DNA of 64,000 bases, taken from NCBI GenBank assembly GCA_021811535.1, contig JAJZOF010000020.1, forward strand, positions 106,894 through 170,893, in the 5' to 3' direction. Below are positions 41,407-51,427 of this stretch, piece by piece. The translations under genes and the position numbers were made by a program. The stretch's first letter is position 1. Every line of letters starts with the position of its first letter. Origin of the DNA: Candidatus Micrarchaeota archaeon. GTDB taxonomy: Archaea > Micrarchaeota > Micrarchaeia > Micrarchaeales > CABMGC01. The notes beneath the pieces were generated by a model that searched no databases, was not told the origin of the DNA, and saw only the letters and a list, made by a program, of their open reading frames with translations.

Positions 41407-43143
41407 ATGGTTAGCGTTTCTGTTAGGATTGCAGCCGCAAATGGCGACGGAATCGAATCGAGCGGTACGCTGCTTGCCAAGGCAGCTGCAAGGAAAGGAT
41501 TGCATATATTTGGATACAGAGGTTACCAATCGGTAATTCGCGGCGGCCATGTCTGGTTCAGTGTCAGGATAGCTGATGAGAAGATATACGACCATGGGGA
41601 AACGATTGATATACTTGTGGCTCTGAACCAGGATGCGGTAGACCATCAGGCTTCGCATCTTAGCAAAAATGCTTTTGTGATATATGACTCGGGAAAGATA
41701 AAGGTTGACAGGCTTGAGGGAAGAGGATTCAGGCTTCTTCCGATACCGCTCCTTGACATCGCAGTAGAGACAAGCGGCGACCCGATAGTCAGAAATGTAG
41801 TTGCCCTGGGAGCCGTAATGAAGATAACAGGCATAGGGACGGATACGCTGCACCAGATACTAAAGGAGACGTTCGGGAAGAAAGGTGACAAGATAGTCGA
41901 GCAGAATGTCAAGGCGGCGGACAGAGGATACGGATACGAAGGCGTTGAGACTGCATTCAGCCTTAAGTCCGATAATAAGAAGCTTTATGTTATGGATGGA
42001 AACACTGCGTTATCCATAGGTGCATATTCTGCAGGATGTAAGTTCTACGCAGCCTATCCAATGACTCCTGCGAGCAGCATATTGCATTGGTTTGCTGCTC
42101 ATGAGGACAAAGGAGTCTTTGTGAAGCAGACAGAAGATGAGATTGCGGCAATAAACATGACTATCGGAGCGGCGAGCGCCGGCGTGCGCGCGATGTGCGG
42201 AACGAGCGGAGGCGGGTTCTCGCTCATGGTCGAGGGTCTGGGGCTTGCTGGAATGATAGAGGCGCCGATAGTTGTTGTCGAGTCCCAAAGAACGGGGCCT
42301 AGCACAGGGCTTCCTACGAAGACGGAGCAGGGAGACCTTCTCTTTGTCATGAACGCATCGCAGGGGGAGTTCCCTCGCATAGTCGCTGCGCCTAGAGATG
42401 TGGAAGAGTGTTTTTATGTAGGAAAGCAGGCTTTCAACTTGGCAGAGAAGTACCAGTGCCCTGTAGTGATAATGTCAGACCTGTTTCTCTCTGAACATAT
42501 AGAGAGCGTAGAGTCTTTCGATATTGATAGGGTTGGCATAGACAGGGGAAAGATAGCAACTGCTGTTCAAGATGGCAGGTTCAAGAGGTATCTGCTCACT
42601 GAAGACGGCATATCCCCAAGGTCAATACCTGGAACGGCTGGCCTTGAGTTCACAGCTGCGAGTGATGAACATAATGAGTATGGAGACCTAGTAAGCGATG
42701 TTTTATCCGGGATAGATGAGCATGTGGAGATGCGCAACAAGATGCACTCGAAGAGGATGAGGAAGCTCGAGACCATGCTCAAGAATGAGTCCTGCTTTGT
42801 TCCAAGTGTGGAGAGCAGCTCGGGGAGCCACTCGCTCGTATGTTTTGGATCTACAACGGAAGCCTCAAGGGAGGCAGTAAAGATACTAAAATCAAAAGGC
42901 ATAGATGTAGGTTTGATATCGTTCAATTATCTGCTCCCTCTTGACAGGAAGGCGACTACAGATGCGCTGAAGGGAAAGAAGCTGATAGACGTAGAGGTTA
43001 ATTATACTTCGCAACTTGCGCAGATAATAAAGCTGTGCACAGGGATAGATGTGGATTACAAGATAAACAAATACGATGGAGAGGCAATAACTGGAGAGGA
43101 GATTGCCAGGAAAGCAGAACAGATAATTAAAGGTGTAGTGTAA
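41407..43143 (+). CDS. 2-oxoacid:ferredoxin oxidoreductase, alpha subunit, copy 2
   Basis: Paralogue of 30423-32171 with the same motifs. ATG 41407 is preferred over TTG 41398. Confidence 0.85.
   Translation: MVSVSVRIAAANGDGIESSGTLLAKAAARKGLHIFGYRGYQSVIRGGHVWFSVRIADEKIYDHGETIDILVALNQDAVDHQASHLSKNAFVIYDSGKIKVDRLEGRGFRLLPIPLLDIAVETSGDPIVRNVVALGAVMKITGIGTDTLHQILKETFGKKGDKIVEQNVKAADRGYGYEGVETAFSLKSDNKKLYVMDGNTALSIGAYSAGCKFYAAYPMTPASSILHWFAAHEDKGVFVKQTEDEIAAINMTIGAASAGVRAMCGTSGGGFSLMVEGLGLAGMIEAPIVVVESQRTGPSTGLPTKTEQGDLLFVMNASQGEFPRIVAAPRDVEECFYVGKQAFNLAEKYQCPVVIMSDLFLSEHIESVESFDIDRVGIDRGKIATAVQDGRFKRYLLTEDGISPRSIPGTAGLEFTAASDEHNEYGDLVSDVLSGIDEHVEMRNKMHSKRMRKLETMLKNESCFVPSVESSSGSHSLVCFGSTTEASREAVKILKSKGIDVGLISFNYLLPLDRKATTDALKGKKLIDVEVNYTSQLAQIIKLCTGIDVDYKINKYDGEAITGEEIARKAEQIIKGVV
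42184..42254 (+). repeat. 71-nt segment with a single mismatch to 31221-31291
   Basis: See 31221-31291. Confidence 0.85.
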
Positions 43144-44006
43144 TGGCAGGTTATAGTTCTGGAGTCAAGGCGATATTCTGCCCCGGCTGCGGGGATTTTG
43201 GAGTGCAGGCTGCGCTGAATAAGGCATTCATGGACCTGAAGATAGACAAGAGCAATATAGTCATGGTATCGGGTATAGGGTGCAGTTCAAGCATGCCGCA
43301 GGTCTTCGGAGTTTACGGCATACACAGCCTTCATGGCAGGCTTCTCCCTGTGGCATCCGGAGTAAAGCTTGCAAATTCAAAGCTTACTGTTGTAGGCGTA
43401 GGAGGGGACGGCGACGGATATGGGATAGGCAGCGGGCATTTTATACACACGGCAAGGAGGAATCTGGATATCACTTACGTTGTCATGAACAATGAGATAT
43501 ACGGTCTGACTACCGGGCAGGCTTCTCCGACCAGCCTCAGGGGCGCTAAGACCAAATCCACTCCTTTCGGGGATATAGAAAATCCTATCAACCCGATCTC
43601 TCTTGCCATAGCTGCCGGGGCGACTTATGTCGCCAGGGGCTTCTCTGGTGATCCTATGCACATGGCAGAACTCATAAAGAATGGGATCCTGCACAAGGGC
43701 TTCGCGCTTATCGATGTCTTCAGCCCGTGCGTAACGTTCAACAAACTGAACACTTATGAATGGTTTAAGTCTAGGATTTACAGGCTCGATAAGGAAGGCC
43801 ATGATCCTTCAGATATAGGCAAGGCCATGCAGAGAGCGATGGAGACAGAGGTAACCAATTGGGAGAAGGTTCCGATAGGCTTGTTTTATAAGAAGGAAGG
43901 TGAGACATACGAAGACTCTGATATTGTGCTTAAGAACGGGCCCCTCGCAGGGCAGCCCGCGCCCAGCAAGGAGAACGTAATGCAGATACTTGAGGAGAAT
44001 AGATAG
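43143..44006 (+). CDS. 2-oxoacid:ferredoxin oxidoreductase, beta subunit, copy 2
   Basis: Motifs FCPGCGDFG, GGDGDGYGIG and MNNEIYGLTTGQ. The ATG shares one nt with the alpha-subunit stop (TAATG). Confidence 0.85.
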   Translation: MAGYSSGVKAIFCPGCGDFGVQAALNKAFMDLKIDKSNIVMVSGIGCSSSMPQVFGVYGIHSLHGRLLPVASGVKLANSKLTVVGVGGDGDGYGIGSGHFIHTARRNLDITYVVMNNEIYGLTTGQASPTSLRGAKTKSTPFGDIENPINPISLAIAAGATYVARGFSGDPMHMAELIKNGILHKGFALIDVFSPCVTFNKLNTYEWFKSRIYRLDKEGHDPSDIGKAMQRAMETEVTNWEKVPIGLFYKKEGETYEDSDIVLKNGPLAGQPAPSKENVMQILEENR

Positions 44007-45065
44007 GTGTGTTTGCTGTACGGAATAGTTGGTTATGGTGTTTATTTTCCTGTTTACAGGATAAAGGTAGAGGAGATCGCCAATGTATGGCATGAGGATG
44101 CAGAGAGCATAAAGAAAGGGCTTAATATAACTGAAAAGACCGTGCCTGCGATAGATGAGGATGCTGCAACCATAGCGGTCGAAGCTGCACGGAGGGCAGT
44201 ATCGCATGCAGGAATAGACGCCCACGAGATAGGCGCAGTTTATTGCGGCTCGGAATCGCACCCGTATGCTGTAAAGCCTACTTCCACTGTAGTGGCGACT
44301 GCAATAAGCACCGGGAATAATGTCATGGCTGCGGATCTTGAGTTTGCATGCAAGGCTGGTACGGCAGGGATGCAGGTCGCTTTGGGGCTTGCGAAGAGCG
44401 GCATGATAAAGTATGGTTTGGCTGTTGGAAGTGACACATCGCAGGGAAGGCCTGGAGATGCGCTTGAGTACACGGCCAGCGCAGGAGGAGGTGCATATGT
44501 GATAGGAGGGGGAAGGGAGGAGGTGATCGCGGAGATAACGCATACGTTAAGCTTCACTTCGGATACTCCTGACTTCTGGAGGAGAGAAGGCGCTAGTTTC
44601 CCTTCGCATGGAGGCAGGTTTACTGGAGAACCCGGATATTTCAAGCACATAATAGGTGCAACGAATAGGCTTTTTGAGACAACAGGAATGAAGGCATCCG
44701 ATTTTGATTATGCAGTGTTCCATCAGCCGAACGGGAAGTTTCCAATCAATGTGGCTGCGAGGCTGGGATTCGATATGAAGAAGATAGAGAACGGGTTGGT
44801 AACCCCGAAGATAGGAAATACGTATTCAGGTTCATCGATGATAGGGCTCGCCGCCACTCTTGACGTTGCAAAACCTGGAGAGAAGATACTTGTCACAAGC
44901 TTCGGGTCAGGGGCAGGTAGCGATTCATTTGCTATCGAGGTCACGGAGAATATCGAGAAGAAGAGAGAGAGGTCGGTTAAGGTAAGGGACCTCATAGAGA
45001 AGAGGAAGATTTACGTAAATTACTCCGTTTACCTGAAGAACAGAGGTTCCATAAGGAAGAAATGA
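44007..45065 (+). CDS. Hydroxymethylglutaryl-CoA synthase (archaeal type)
   Basis: [20 protein letters not shown] and an EFACKAGT catalytic-Cys context. Starts directly after the OFOR beta stop. Confidence 0.85.
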   Translation: MCLLYGIVGYGVYFPVYRIKVEEIANVWHEDAESIKKGLNITEKTVPAIDEDAATIAVEAARRAVSHAGIDAHEIGAVYCGSESHPYAVKPTSTVVATAISTGNNVMAADLEFACKAGTAGMQVALGLAKSGMIKYGLAVGSDTSQGRPGDALEYTASAGGGAYVIGGGREEVIAEITHTLSFTSDTPDFWRREGASFPSHGGRFTGEPGYFKHIIGATNRLFETTGMKASDFDYAVFHQPNGKFPINVAARLGFDMKKIENGLVTPKIGNTYSGSSMIGLAATLDVAKPGEKILVTSFGSGAGSDSFAIEVTENIEKKRERSVKVRDLIEKRKIYVNYSVYLKNRGSIRKK

Positions 45066-45074
45066 GGTTGTTAA

Positions 45075-46238
45075 TTGAGAGATGTTGCAATAATAGGTAT
45101 AGGCCTTGCAAAATTCGGCGAGCGTTGGGACTGCGGGCTTAAGGAGCTCATGGTCGAAGCAGGGATAGCAGCAATAAGGGATGCGAACCTGAACAGCAAG
45201 GATATAGAGATGATTTATGGTGGGACGATGGCCTCTGGCAGGTTTGTCGGGCAGGAGCATACGGCTGCACTTATGGCAGACCAGCTTGGGCTTCATAACA
45301 TACCTGCAGTGAGGATAGAGAACGCGTGCGCTTCTGGTGGGACGGCGCTGCGCGAGGGATTCATGGCGGTTGCGAGCGGCATGCATGACATAGTTGCAGT
45401 AGGTGGCGTTGAGAAGATGACAGACGTCACTTCTGGAGAGGCTGCTACAGCGCTTGGAGGAGCAGGCGACCAGGAATGGGAGTTATTCCAGGGGATAACT
45501 TTTCCGGGGCTTTATGCGCTTATTGCAAAGAGGCATATGCACGATTACGGCACTACGGAAGAGCAGCTTGCTGCGGTAGCTGTAAAGAATCACCACAATG
45601 CGACGATGAATAAGTACGCCCAGTTCAACAAGGAGATAAGCGTAGGCGAGGTAATGAAGTCAAAGGTTGTCGCTGATCCGCTTAAGCTTCTGGACTGTTC
45701 GCCAATATCTGACGGCGCTGCGGTTGTTATACTGGCTCCGCTTGAGACTGCAAAGAAGTATAATGATACTCCGATAAAGATAAGCGCCAGCGCGCAGGCA
45801 AGCGATACGCTCAGGCTTGCAGACAGGGACAGTCTTGTAGAGCTCAAGGCAACCAAGATTGCCGCGGCAAAGGCCTTTGCCATGGCAAAGACAACCCCAT
45901 CTGCCATAGGAGCAGCAGAGGTCCATGACTGCTTCACCATAGCAGAGATACTTGCTATGGAAGACATCGGTTTCTACAAGAAAGGCACGGCAGCAAAAGC
46001 TGTGGAAGATGGAGAGACGGCAATAGGAGGGAAGATAGCGATAAACACTAGTGGCGGATTGAAAGGATGTGGGCATCCGGTAGGCGCAACAGGTGTAAAG
46101 CAGGCAGTAGAGATAGTTACACAGCTTAGGGGAGAGGCCGGTGGAAGGCAGGTAACTGGGATAGAGAAAGGGCTGACGCACAATGTAGGCGGCAGCGGGG
46201 CTACTGCGGTAGTGCACATATTTGAGAGGTATAATTGA
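45075..46238 (+). CDS. Acetyl-CoA acetyltransferase (thiolase)
   Basis: Motifs VAIIGIGLAKFGE, ENACASGG and NTSGGLKGCGHPVGATG. Confidence 0.9.
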   Translation: MRDVAIIGIGLAKFGERWDCGLKELMVEAGIAAIRDANLNSKDIEMIYGGTMASGRFVGQEHTAALMADQLGLHNIPAVRIENACASGGTALREGFMAVASGMHDIVAVGGVEKMTDVTSGEAATALGGAGDQEWELFQGITFPGLYALIAKRHMHDYGTTEEQLAAVAVKNHHNATMNKYAQFNKEISVGEVMKSKVVADPLKLLDCSPISDGAAVVILAPLETAKKYNDTPIKISASAQASDTLRLADRDSLVELKATKIAAAKAFAMAKTTPSAIGAAEVHDCFTIAEILAMEDIGFYKKGTAAKAVEDGETAIGGKIAINTSGGLKGCGHPVGATGVKQAVEIVTQLRGEAGGRQVTGIEKGLTHNVGGSGATAVVHIFERYN

Positions 46239-46245
46239 TGGTTTT

Positions 46246-46641
46246 ATGGAAAGATCCTCAGCTAATCTATGGAGAAAGATAAACTCAAGGTATAACCTTG
46301 TGGGCTGCAAGTGCCAGAATTGCGGCGCGCTCTACTTTCCTTCGAGAGTCGTATGCAGGAAGTGCGGAAGGGACTCCAAGATAACGGAGGCCAGATTCAG
46401 CGGGAATGGGGTCATAAGCTCTTACACAAATATACGTGTGCCCCCTGATTCTTTTAAGGAAGAGGCGCCTTATACAATAGCAATAGTAAAGCTTGACGAG
46501 GGGCCTTCGGTGGAAGGCCACGTAGTGGAGAGCGGAGGCGAAGTAAAGATAGGAAGCAGGGTAAGGGCTGTATTCAGGAAGATGTACGTCGAAGGGGATG
46601 AAGGCCTGATATACTACCATTACAAATTTGAGCTTGCCTGA
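46246..46641 (+). CDS. DUF35 OB-fold/zinc-ribbon protein (scaffold of the archaeal thiolase-HMGCS complex)
   Basis: CQNCGALYFPSRVVCRKCG is a zinc ribbon and is followed by an OB fold. It sits in the canonical position next to thiolase and HMGCS. Confidence 0.8.
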   Translation: MERSSANLWRKINSRYNLVGCKCQNCGALYFPSRVVCRKCGRDSKITEARFSGNGVISSYTNIRVPPDSFKEEAPYTIAIVKLDEGPSVEGHVVESGGEVKIGSRVRAVFRKMYVEGDEGLIYYHYKFELA

Positions 46642-46652
46642 AGCGTGATTTC

Positions 46653-47177
46653 TTGAAGGAGATAGATAGCACGCTGATAAAGCGCATAAGGAGCATACCG
46701 GATTATCCGAAAAAGGGCATCGTATTCAGGGACATAACGCCGCTGCTCAAAGACCCGATAGCATTTTGTTCCGCGATAGATGCAATTTGCGATGCGGTAA
46801 GCGGAACCGATTTTGATTATGTGGTTGGGATAGAGGCGAGGGGCTTCCTCATCGGATCCGTAGTTGCCTATAAGATGCATAAAGGGTTCGTACCGCTAAG
46901 GAAAAAGGGTAAACTGCCATTCGAGAAGGTTACTGTAGAGTATCAGCTCGAGTATGGGATGGAGGCCGTAGAGATGCATAAGGATGCGATAGAGAAGGGC
47001 AGCCGCGTCCTCGTAGTTGATGATCTGTTGGCCACTGGAGGTACGGCAAAGGCGGCAAATGACATAGTGAGGTCTCTTGGGGGGATTGTTGCCGGATATG
47101 CATTCCTCATAGAGCTTGCAGACCTTAAGGGAAGAGAGAAGCTCAGTGGCAATGTCTTCTCGATACTAAAATTCTAG
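46653..47177 (+). CDS. apt: Adenine phosphoribosyltransferase
   Basis: IPDYPKKGIVFRDITPLL and the PRPP motif VLVVDDLLATGGT. Confidence 0.85.
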   Translation: MKEIDSTLIKRIRSIPDYPKKGIVFRDITPLLKDPIAFCSAIDAICDAVSGTDFDYVVGIEARGFLIGSVVAYKMHKGFVPLRKKGKLPFEKVTVEYQLEYGMEAVEMHKDAIEKGSRVLVVDDLLATGGTAKAANDIVRSLGGIVAGYAFLIELADLKGREKLSGNVFSILKF

Positions 47178-47184
47178 TGACGCG

Positions 47185-48534
47185 ATGAAGACAAAGATAA
47201 TAGCCACATACGGACCCGGAATAGACAACGATAAAACGCTCACACGCCTCATCAAGGGAGTAGATATATTCAGGCTTAACCTTTCGCATGGATCTGAGGA
47301 CCAGTGGCATTCGTATGTGGAAAGAATAAGGAGCATATCTGAGAAGACGCATGAGGAGGTTGCTATACTTGCAGATCTCCCTGGACCAAAGATAAGGATA
47401 GGTAAGCTCGAAGGCGAGATTGGGGTTAAGACTGGAGAGACCGTCTCTTTTGCTTATGGCGGAGGTGAAGGCAGCATACCGCTTGAGTATGACCTGTATC
47501 CGGAACTTAAGGTTGGATTTCGCGTCTCCCTTGGAGATGGGTACATGCGTCTGGTAGTTACGGGACTGCGGAAGGGGAAGATCTACTGCAGGGCGCTGAA
47601 TGCAGGTATTATAAAGAGCAGGAAGGGGGTAAACGTCTCCGGAGGTTTGGTGGGCGTTGAGCCTCCTACTGAAGAAGACATAAAGCTCATCTCTTTTGCA
47701 AGAAAAGAGGGCTTCGATTTTGTAGCTGCCTCTTTTGTAAGGCACGCAAAGAATATTGAGAGGATCAGAAGTCTCCTTGGTAACGAAGGGGTCGTCGCAA
47801 AGATAGAGAGGAAGGTTGCGGTGGACAACATTAAGAGCATAGCGGAGGCATCTGATGCAATAATGGTGGCACGCGGAGACCTTGCATTCGACATTGCGGT
47901 TGAGAAGGTTCCGATAGCGCAGAGAAGGATAATAAGCGCGGCGCGCGAAGCTGGGAAGCCTGTTATTGTTGCAACGCAGATGCTGGCAAGCATGACCGAA
48001 AATCCCATGCCTACCCGTGCTGAAGTCAATGATATAGCGAATGCGGTTTTCGAGGGGGCGGACTGCCTCATGCTTAGCGAAGAGACTGCGGTTGGAAAGT
48101 ATCCGCATGGATGCGTCTCTGTGATGAGGAGGACTGCACGCCAGGCGGAGAAGAACGCTGCTGCCTCTGGAGAGGAACGCGATATAAAGAGCATTGAGGA
48201 GGGAATAGCATTTGCGGCATCAAGCCTCTCGCAGAATTATATGACAGAATGCATATTCGCGCCTACGCAGACCGGCTATACTCCGGCAAGGCTGGCGGCA
48301 TTGAGGCCCAAGGCGCGGGTCATAGCCCTGAGCGGCAGGCCTGAAGTGCGCAGGAGAATGCGCATGTATTATGGCATAGAGAGCCATGCGATAGGCAAAT
48401 ATTCATCGGTAGACCGCATGCTTCGGCTCGTTGAAGGCATAGCGAAGGACATGGGGGTGCGCCGCTATCTTGTTATATCTGGCTCGCCGAATGTCATGGG
48501 CAGCACAGATACCCTCAAGTACATATGCTATTAG
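47185..48534 (+). CDS. pyk: Pyruvate kinase
   Basis: Motifs KIIATYGP, FRLNLSHG, MVARGDL and TQMLASM. Confidence 0.9.
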   Translation: MKTKIIATYGPGIDNDKTLTRLIKGVDIFRLNLSHGSEDQWHSYVERIRSISEKTHEEVAILADLPGPKIRIGKLEGEIGVKTGETVSFAYGGGEGSIPLEYDLYPELKVGFRVSLGDGYMRLVVTGLRKGKIYCRALNAGIIKSRKGVNVSGGLVGVEPPTEEDIKLISFARKEGFDFVAASFVRHAKNIERIRSLLGNEGVVAKIERKVAVDNIKSIAEASDAIMVARGDLAFDIAVEKVPIAQRRIISAAREAGKPVIVATQMLASMTENPMPTRAEVNDIANAVFEGADCLMLSEETAVGKYPHGCVSVMRRTARQAEKNAAASGEERDIKSIEEGIAFAASSLSQNYMTECIFAPTQTGYTPARLAALRPKARVIALSGRPEVRRRMRMYYGIESHAIGKYSSVDRMLRLVEGIAKDMGVRRYLVISGSPNVMGSTDTLKYICY

Positions 48535-49389
48535 TCATATCTTCTGGTTCTCAAACAATGAGTTTATCACAAGGTGCATGTTTGAGCCCTCCGATATTCG
48601 CCTGAATGCATACTCCTTCCATTTCTCGCCGAAGGGAATGTATATCGAGACGTTTTCGCCTCCTTTCGCGAGCTCTACCGCATACTGATTGTGGATCCCC
48701 TTAAGCATCGCGTGGGTAATATCACGCCTGTACCACTTGTTCAGCCGCAGCGCCTTGAGTGTAATATCCTTGTCGTGCGTTGCTATGGTGAATTTGTGCG
48801 AATTCCTGAACAGGTAATCCATAAGTGCATAATAGTTCTTAGTTGTGAGCTCCCTGCTGCTGTATGCAATATCATATGGGGCGGTGTAGGCACCCTTCAC
48901 AAGCCTTACTATGGCGCCATATTCTGAAAGTCTCTTTATGTCTGATGCTGAGCGTTTAAGGTATGATTGTATGCATATACCTGACTTTCCTTTTCTCTCG
49001 ATATCAAGGAATATGTTGATGGTGTCTTCTACCTTATCATAGGTCTCCATGTCAAGCCATACGAAGACCTTTCTTGAAGAAGCATGGGAGAGTATCTTTT
49101 TGTATGACCTGCGCGCCAGGCTCTCGTCTATGTTCTGACCGAGCTGGCTGAGCTTCAATGATATGTCAGCAGAGGTGTGCGTGGATGATATTGTATCTAT
49201 TATGCTGATGTATTTCTTAACCGTGGACTCGACTTCGTCTTCTGAACTTATCTCCTCGCCTAGATAATTTATAATGCCGCTTATTCCGTGCCTGTTGAAT
49301 TCCTTTGCGGCTGCTATTGCATCGCCGGTGCTTACGCCTGCAATCCACCTGCCGGCTATCAGCTTCTCTAGTAAAGCGCCCCCCTGCAT
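48535..49389 (-). CDS. Proline dehydrogenase-family flavoenzyme
   Basis: 284 aa. The pattern RWIAG...INYLGE...VWLDME...VRLVKGAY is typical of the PutA-type proline dehydrogenase barrel. Confidence 0.7.
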   Translation of the reverse strand: MQGGALLEKLIAGRWIAGVSTGDAIAAAKEFNRHGISGIINYLGEEISSEDEVESTVKKYISIIDTISSTHTSADISLKLSQLGQNIDESLARRSYKKILSHASSRKVFVWLDMETYDKVEDTINIFLDIERKGKSGICIQSYLKRSASDIKRLSEYGAIVRLVKGAYTAPYDIAYSSRELTTKNYYALMDYLFRNSHKFTIATHDKDITLKALRLNKWYRRDITHAMLKGIHNQYAVELAKGGENVSIYIPFGEKWKEYAFRRISEGSNMHLVINSLFENQKI

Positions 49390-49419
49390 ACTTGGATATA
49401 CATTGAAAGAGATAAATAT

Positions 49420-50463
49420 TCAACGCAAGAGCGCATCGAGTTCGCGCCTGGTGGAAAATGACCTGTGGTTTGTAGCTTTCTCTATCCTGTTGGCTATTGC
49501 TGCGCCTATTCCTTTATTATCGAAACTTTCTATTATGCAGAATTCTGCACCTATGCCATCAAGCGTTATCAGAGCGGCGAAAAGATTTTTTGCTATTGTA
49601 GCTTTCCGCCTGCGGCTGCCAAGACTTATCTTGTGTGGAGCCGATACGCGCCTGCAGCTCTCGGCCGAGCCAACAAAGCAGAAGTTTTTCATTCCTGATG
49701 TTATCTCGTTTATTGCAATTATGGTATCTCCCGTATATGCAAATAAAGGGGTAGATGGCGAGTAGTGCTTATATTTGAGCCCGGGGCTTCTGGGAGGTGA
49801 TTTGATCGTGTGTGGAGGGACATATATGTGTGGTGATTTGCCGAATATTGATTTTATGCTCTTGGCAGTGAATGCCCCAGGCCTTAAAATCTCGAAGGTC
49901 TCCAGGTCAAGTACCGTTGACTCTATCCCATATGTGGAATCCTTAGATGATATTATTATCGGAACCTTGCCCATGAAATATTTTAGCGCGTGCTTCGCTT
50001 TTGTGGATGATGGCTTCTTTGATATATTTGCGCTCGGTGCCGCAATAGGAACCCCTGCTGTGTTAATAAGGTCTATAGCTATCCTGCAGCGCGGCATTCT
50101 TACGGCCACCGTATCCAGGCCTCCCGTAACTACCCTTGGGAGCACCTTCCTTGCCCTTACTACAAAGGTTATCGGGCCTGGCCATGAAGATTCTATCTGT
50201 CTGCGGTATCTCTTAGGTATAATGGCAATTTTATCTGCCATGCGCATGCTCGAGACATGGACTATTAGGGGGTTGTCGCTTTTTCTTCCCTTTACCTTGT
50301 ATATTTTTCGGCACGCAGCAGCATCTAGCGCATTTGCGCCTATTCCGTAGACGGTCTCGGTAGGGAATACAACTATCTTGCCGGATATTATTGCGGATGC
50401 GGCAAGAGATATCTTATCCTTTTCCGGATGGTCCCAGTTCACCTTTAGTACTGTTGTTTCCAT
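49420..50463 (-). CDS. sua5: L-threonylcarbamoyladenylate synthase (Sua5/TsaC2, YrdC plus Sua5 domains)
   Basis: Motifs VVFPTETVYGIGANALD and SANISKKPS. At 347 aa it includes the C-terminal Sua5 domain. Confidence 0.85.
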   Translation of the reverse strand: METTVLKVNWDHPEKDKISLAASAIISGKIVVFPTETVYGIGANALDAAACRKIYKVKGRKSDNPLIVHVSSMRMADKIAIIPKRYRRQIESSWPGPITFVVRARKVLPRVVTGGLDTVAVRMPRCRIAIDLINTAGVPIAAPSANISKKPSSTKAKHALKYFMGKVPIIISSKDSTYGIESTVLDLETFEILRPGAFTAKSIKSIFGKSPHIYVPPHTIKSPPRSPGLKYKHYSPSTPLFAYTGDTIIAINEITSGMKNFCFVGSAESCRRVSAPHKISLGSRRRKATIAKNLFAALITLDGIGAEFCIIESFDNKGIGAAIANRIEKATNHRSFSTRRELDALLR

Positions 50464-50464
50464 T

Positions 50465-51220
50465 TCATCCTTGTCTGAAAAGGTTGTCGCTGACTACCTT
50501 GGCTGCGAGCTCTGACGGGTTTACTATTACTGTGCCCTTCGCTGCTATATTCTTAAGGTGGTGCTCCGCCTCCGCATTTGGGGCTATCACTATCACCTTC
50601 TGGCTCTTGGCAAGGTCGCGGACCAGAAGAAGCGAGTATACGGCCCTCGATCCGTCCCTCATGTCTATTACTATGGCCTTTGCCTTGTCCAAGGCAAATT
50701 CCTTCATGTCAGAATCCGATGTCGCATCGACGACATATGCCTTGTACCCCTGGAAGTTAAGGTGGTCTGCTGTTACCTTGTCCGAAGTCACAATTATGAA
50801 CCTCTCGTTTTTCTCTTTGAGCTTTTCGGCTATGTGCATGTTTATTGTATCTGTCCCTATAAGTACAACATGGTTTTTGAGGAACCTCTTTTCGAAACTT
50901 GAGAGCCTGCCTTCTATTTTTGATATCCTTTCGTTCATGAATTCACCAGATATAACCGCTATTGCGCTAAGGAATACAGAGAGCCCTGCTATTATAAGTA
51001 TGATTACGAATATCTGCGCAAGTTTTGTGACTGGATATATGTCACCGTACCCTACTGTTGATATTGTTACCACGGTAAAGAAGAGTGCAGATATCACGCT
51101 GTTGATCCTTACGTTGAATCCGTTGTACTCGTTGCTTATTATATAGGTGCCAACGGTACCGAAGAGCAGCACGGCTATTATAGCAATTACATAGGCGAGT
51201 ACCTGCAGGGAGATGCGCAT
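50465..51220 (-). CDS. Two-TM potassium channel with cytoplasmic RCK/TrkA-N domain (MthK-like)
   Basis: Selectivity filter TVGYGD and a Rossmann-like HVVLIGTDT segment. Confidence 0.85.
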   Translation of the reverse strand: MRISLQVLAYVIAIIAVLLFGTVGTYIISNEYNGFNVRINSVISALFFTVVTISTVGYGDIYPVTKLAQIFVIILIIAGLSVFLSAIAVISGEFMNERISKIEGRLSSFEKRFLKNHVVLIGTDTINMHIAEKLKEKNERFIIVTSDKVTADHLNFQGYKAYVVDATSDSDMKEFALDKAKAIVIDMRDGSRAVYSLLLVRDLAKSQKVIVIAPNAEAEHHLKNIAAKGTVIVNPSELAAKVVSDNLFRQG

Positions 51221-51427
51221 GGGATCATTTTAGAAAGTAGCCTTTTATTATTCTGGTATATACTGATGCAATAAATAAAAGGTTTCTTATTTATCCGCCT
51301 TACGCACGCGGTTTCTTCCATGTCTTAGATTTGAGGTGTTGAGAGATGCGCTCATAAGTGCGCATTGCTGGGGCCCATATCCATGGGGTGTTCTTTGTGA
51401 CCGTGTTTATTCTGCCGCTCAGCGGCC

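Noticed and set aside
48535-51220. The K+ channel / Sua5 / proline dehydrogenase co-directional trio as a functional unit.
   Set aside because: The tight spacing (1 nt and 30 nt) suggests co-transcription, but the functions are unrelated housekeeping activities. I attribute the arrangement to genome compaction.
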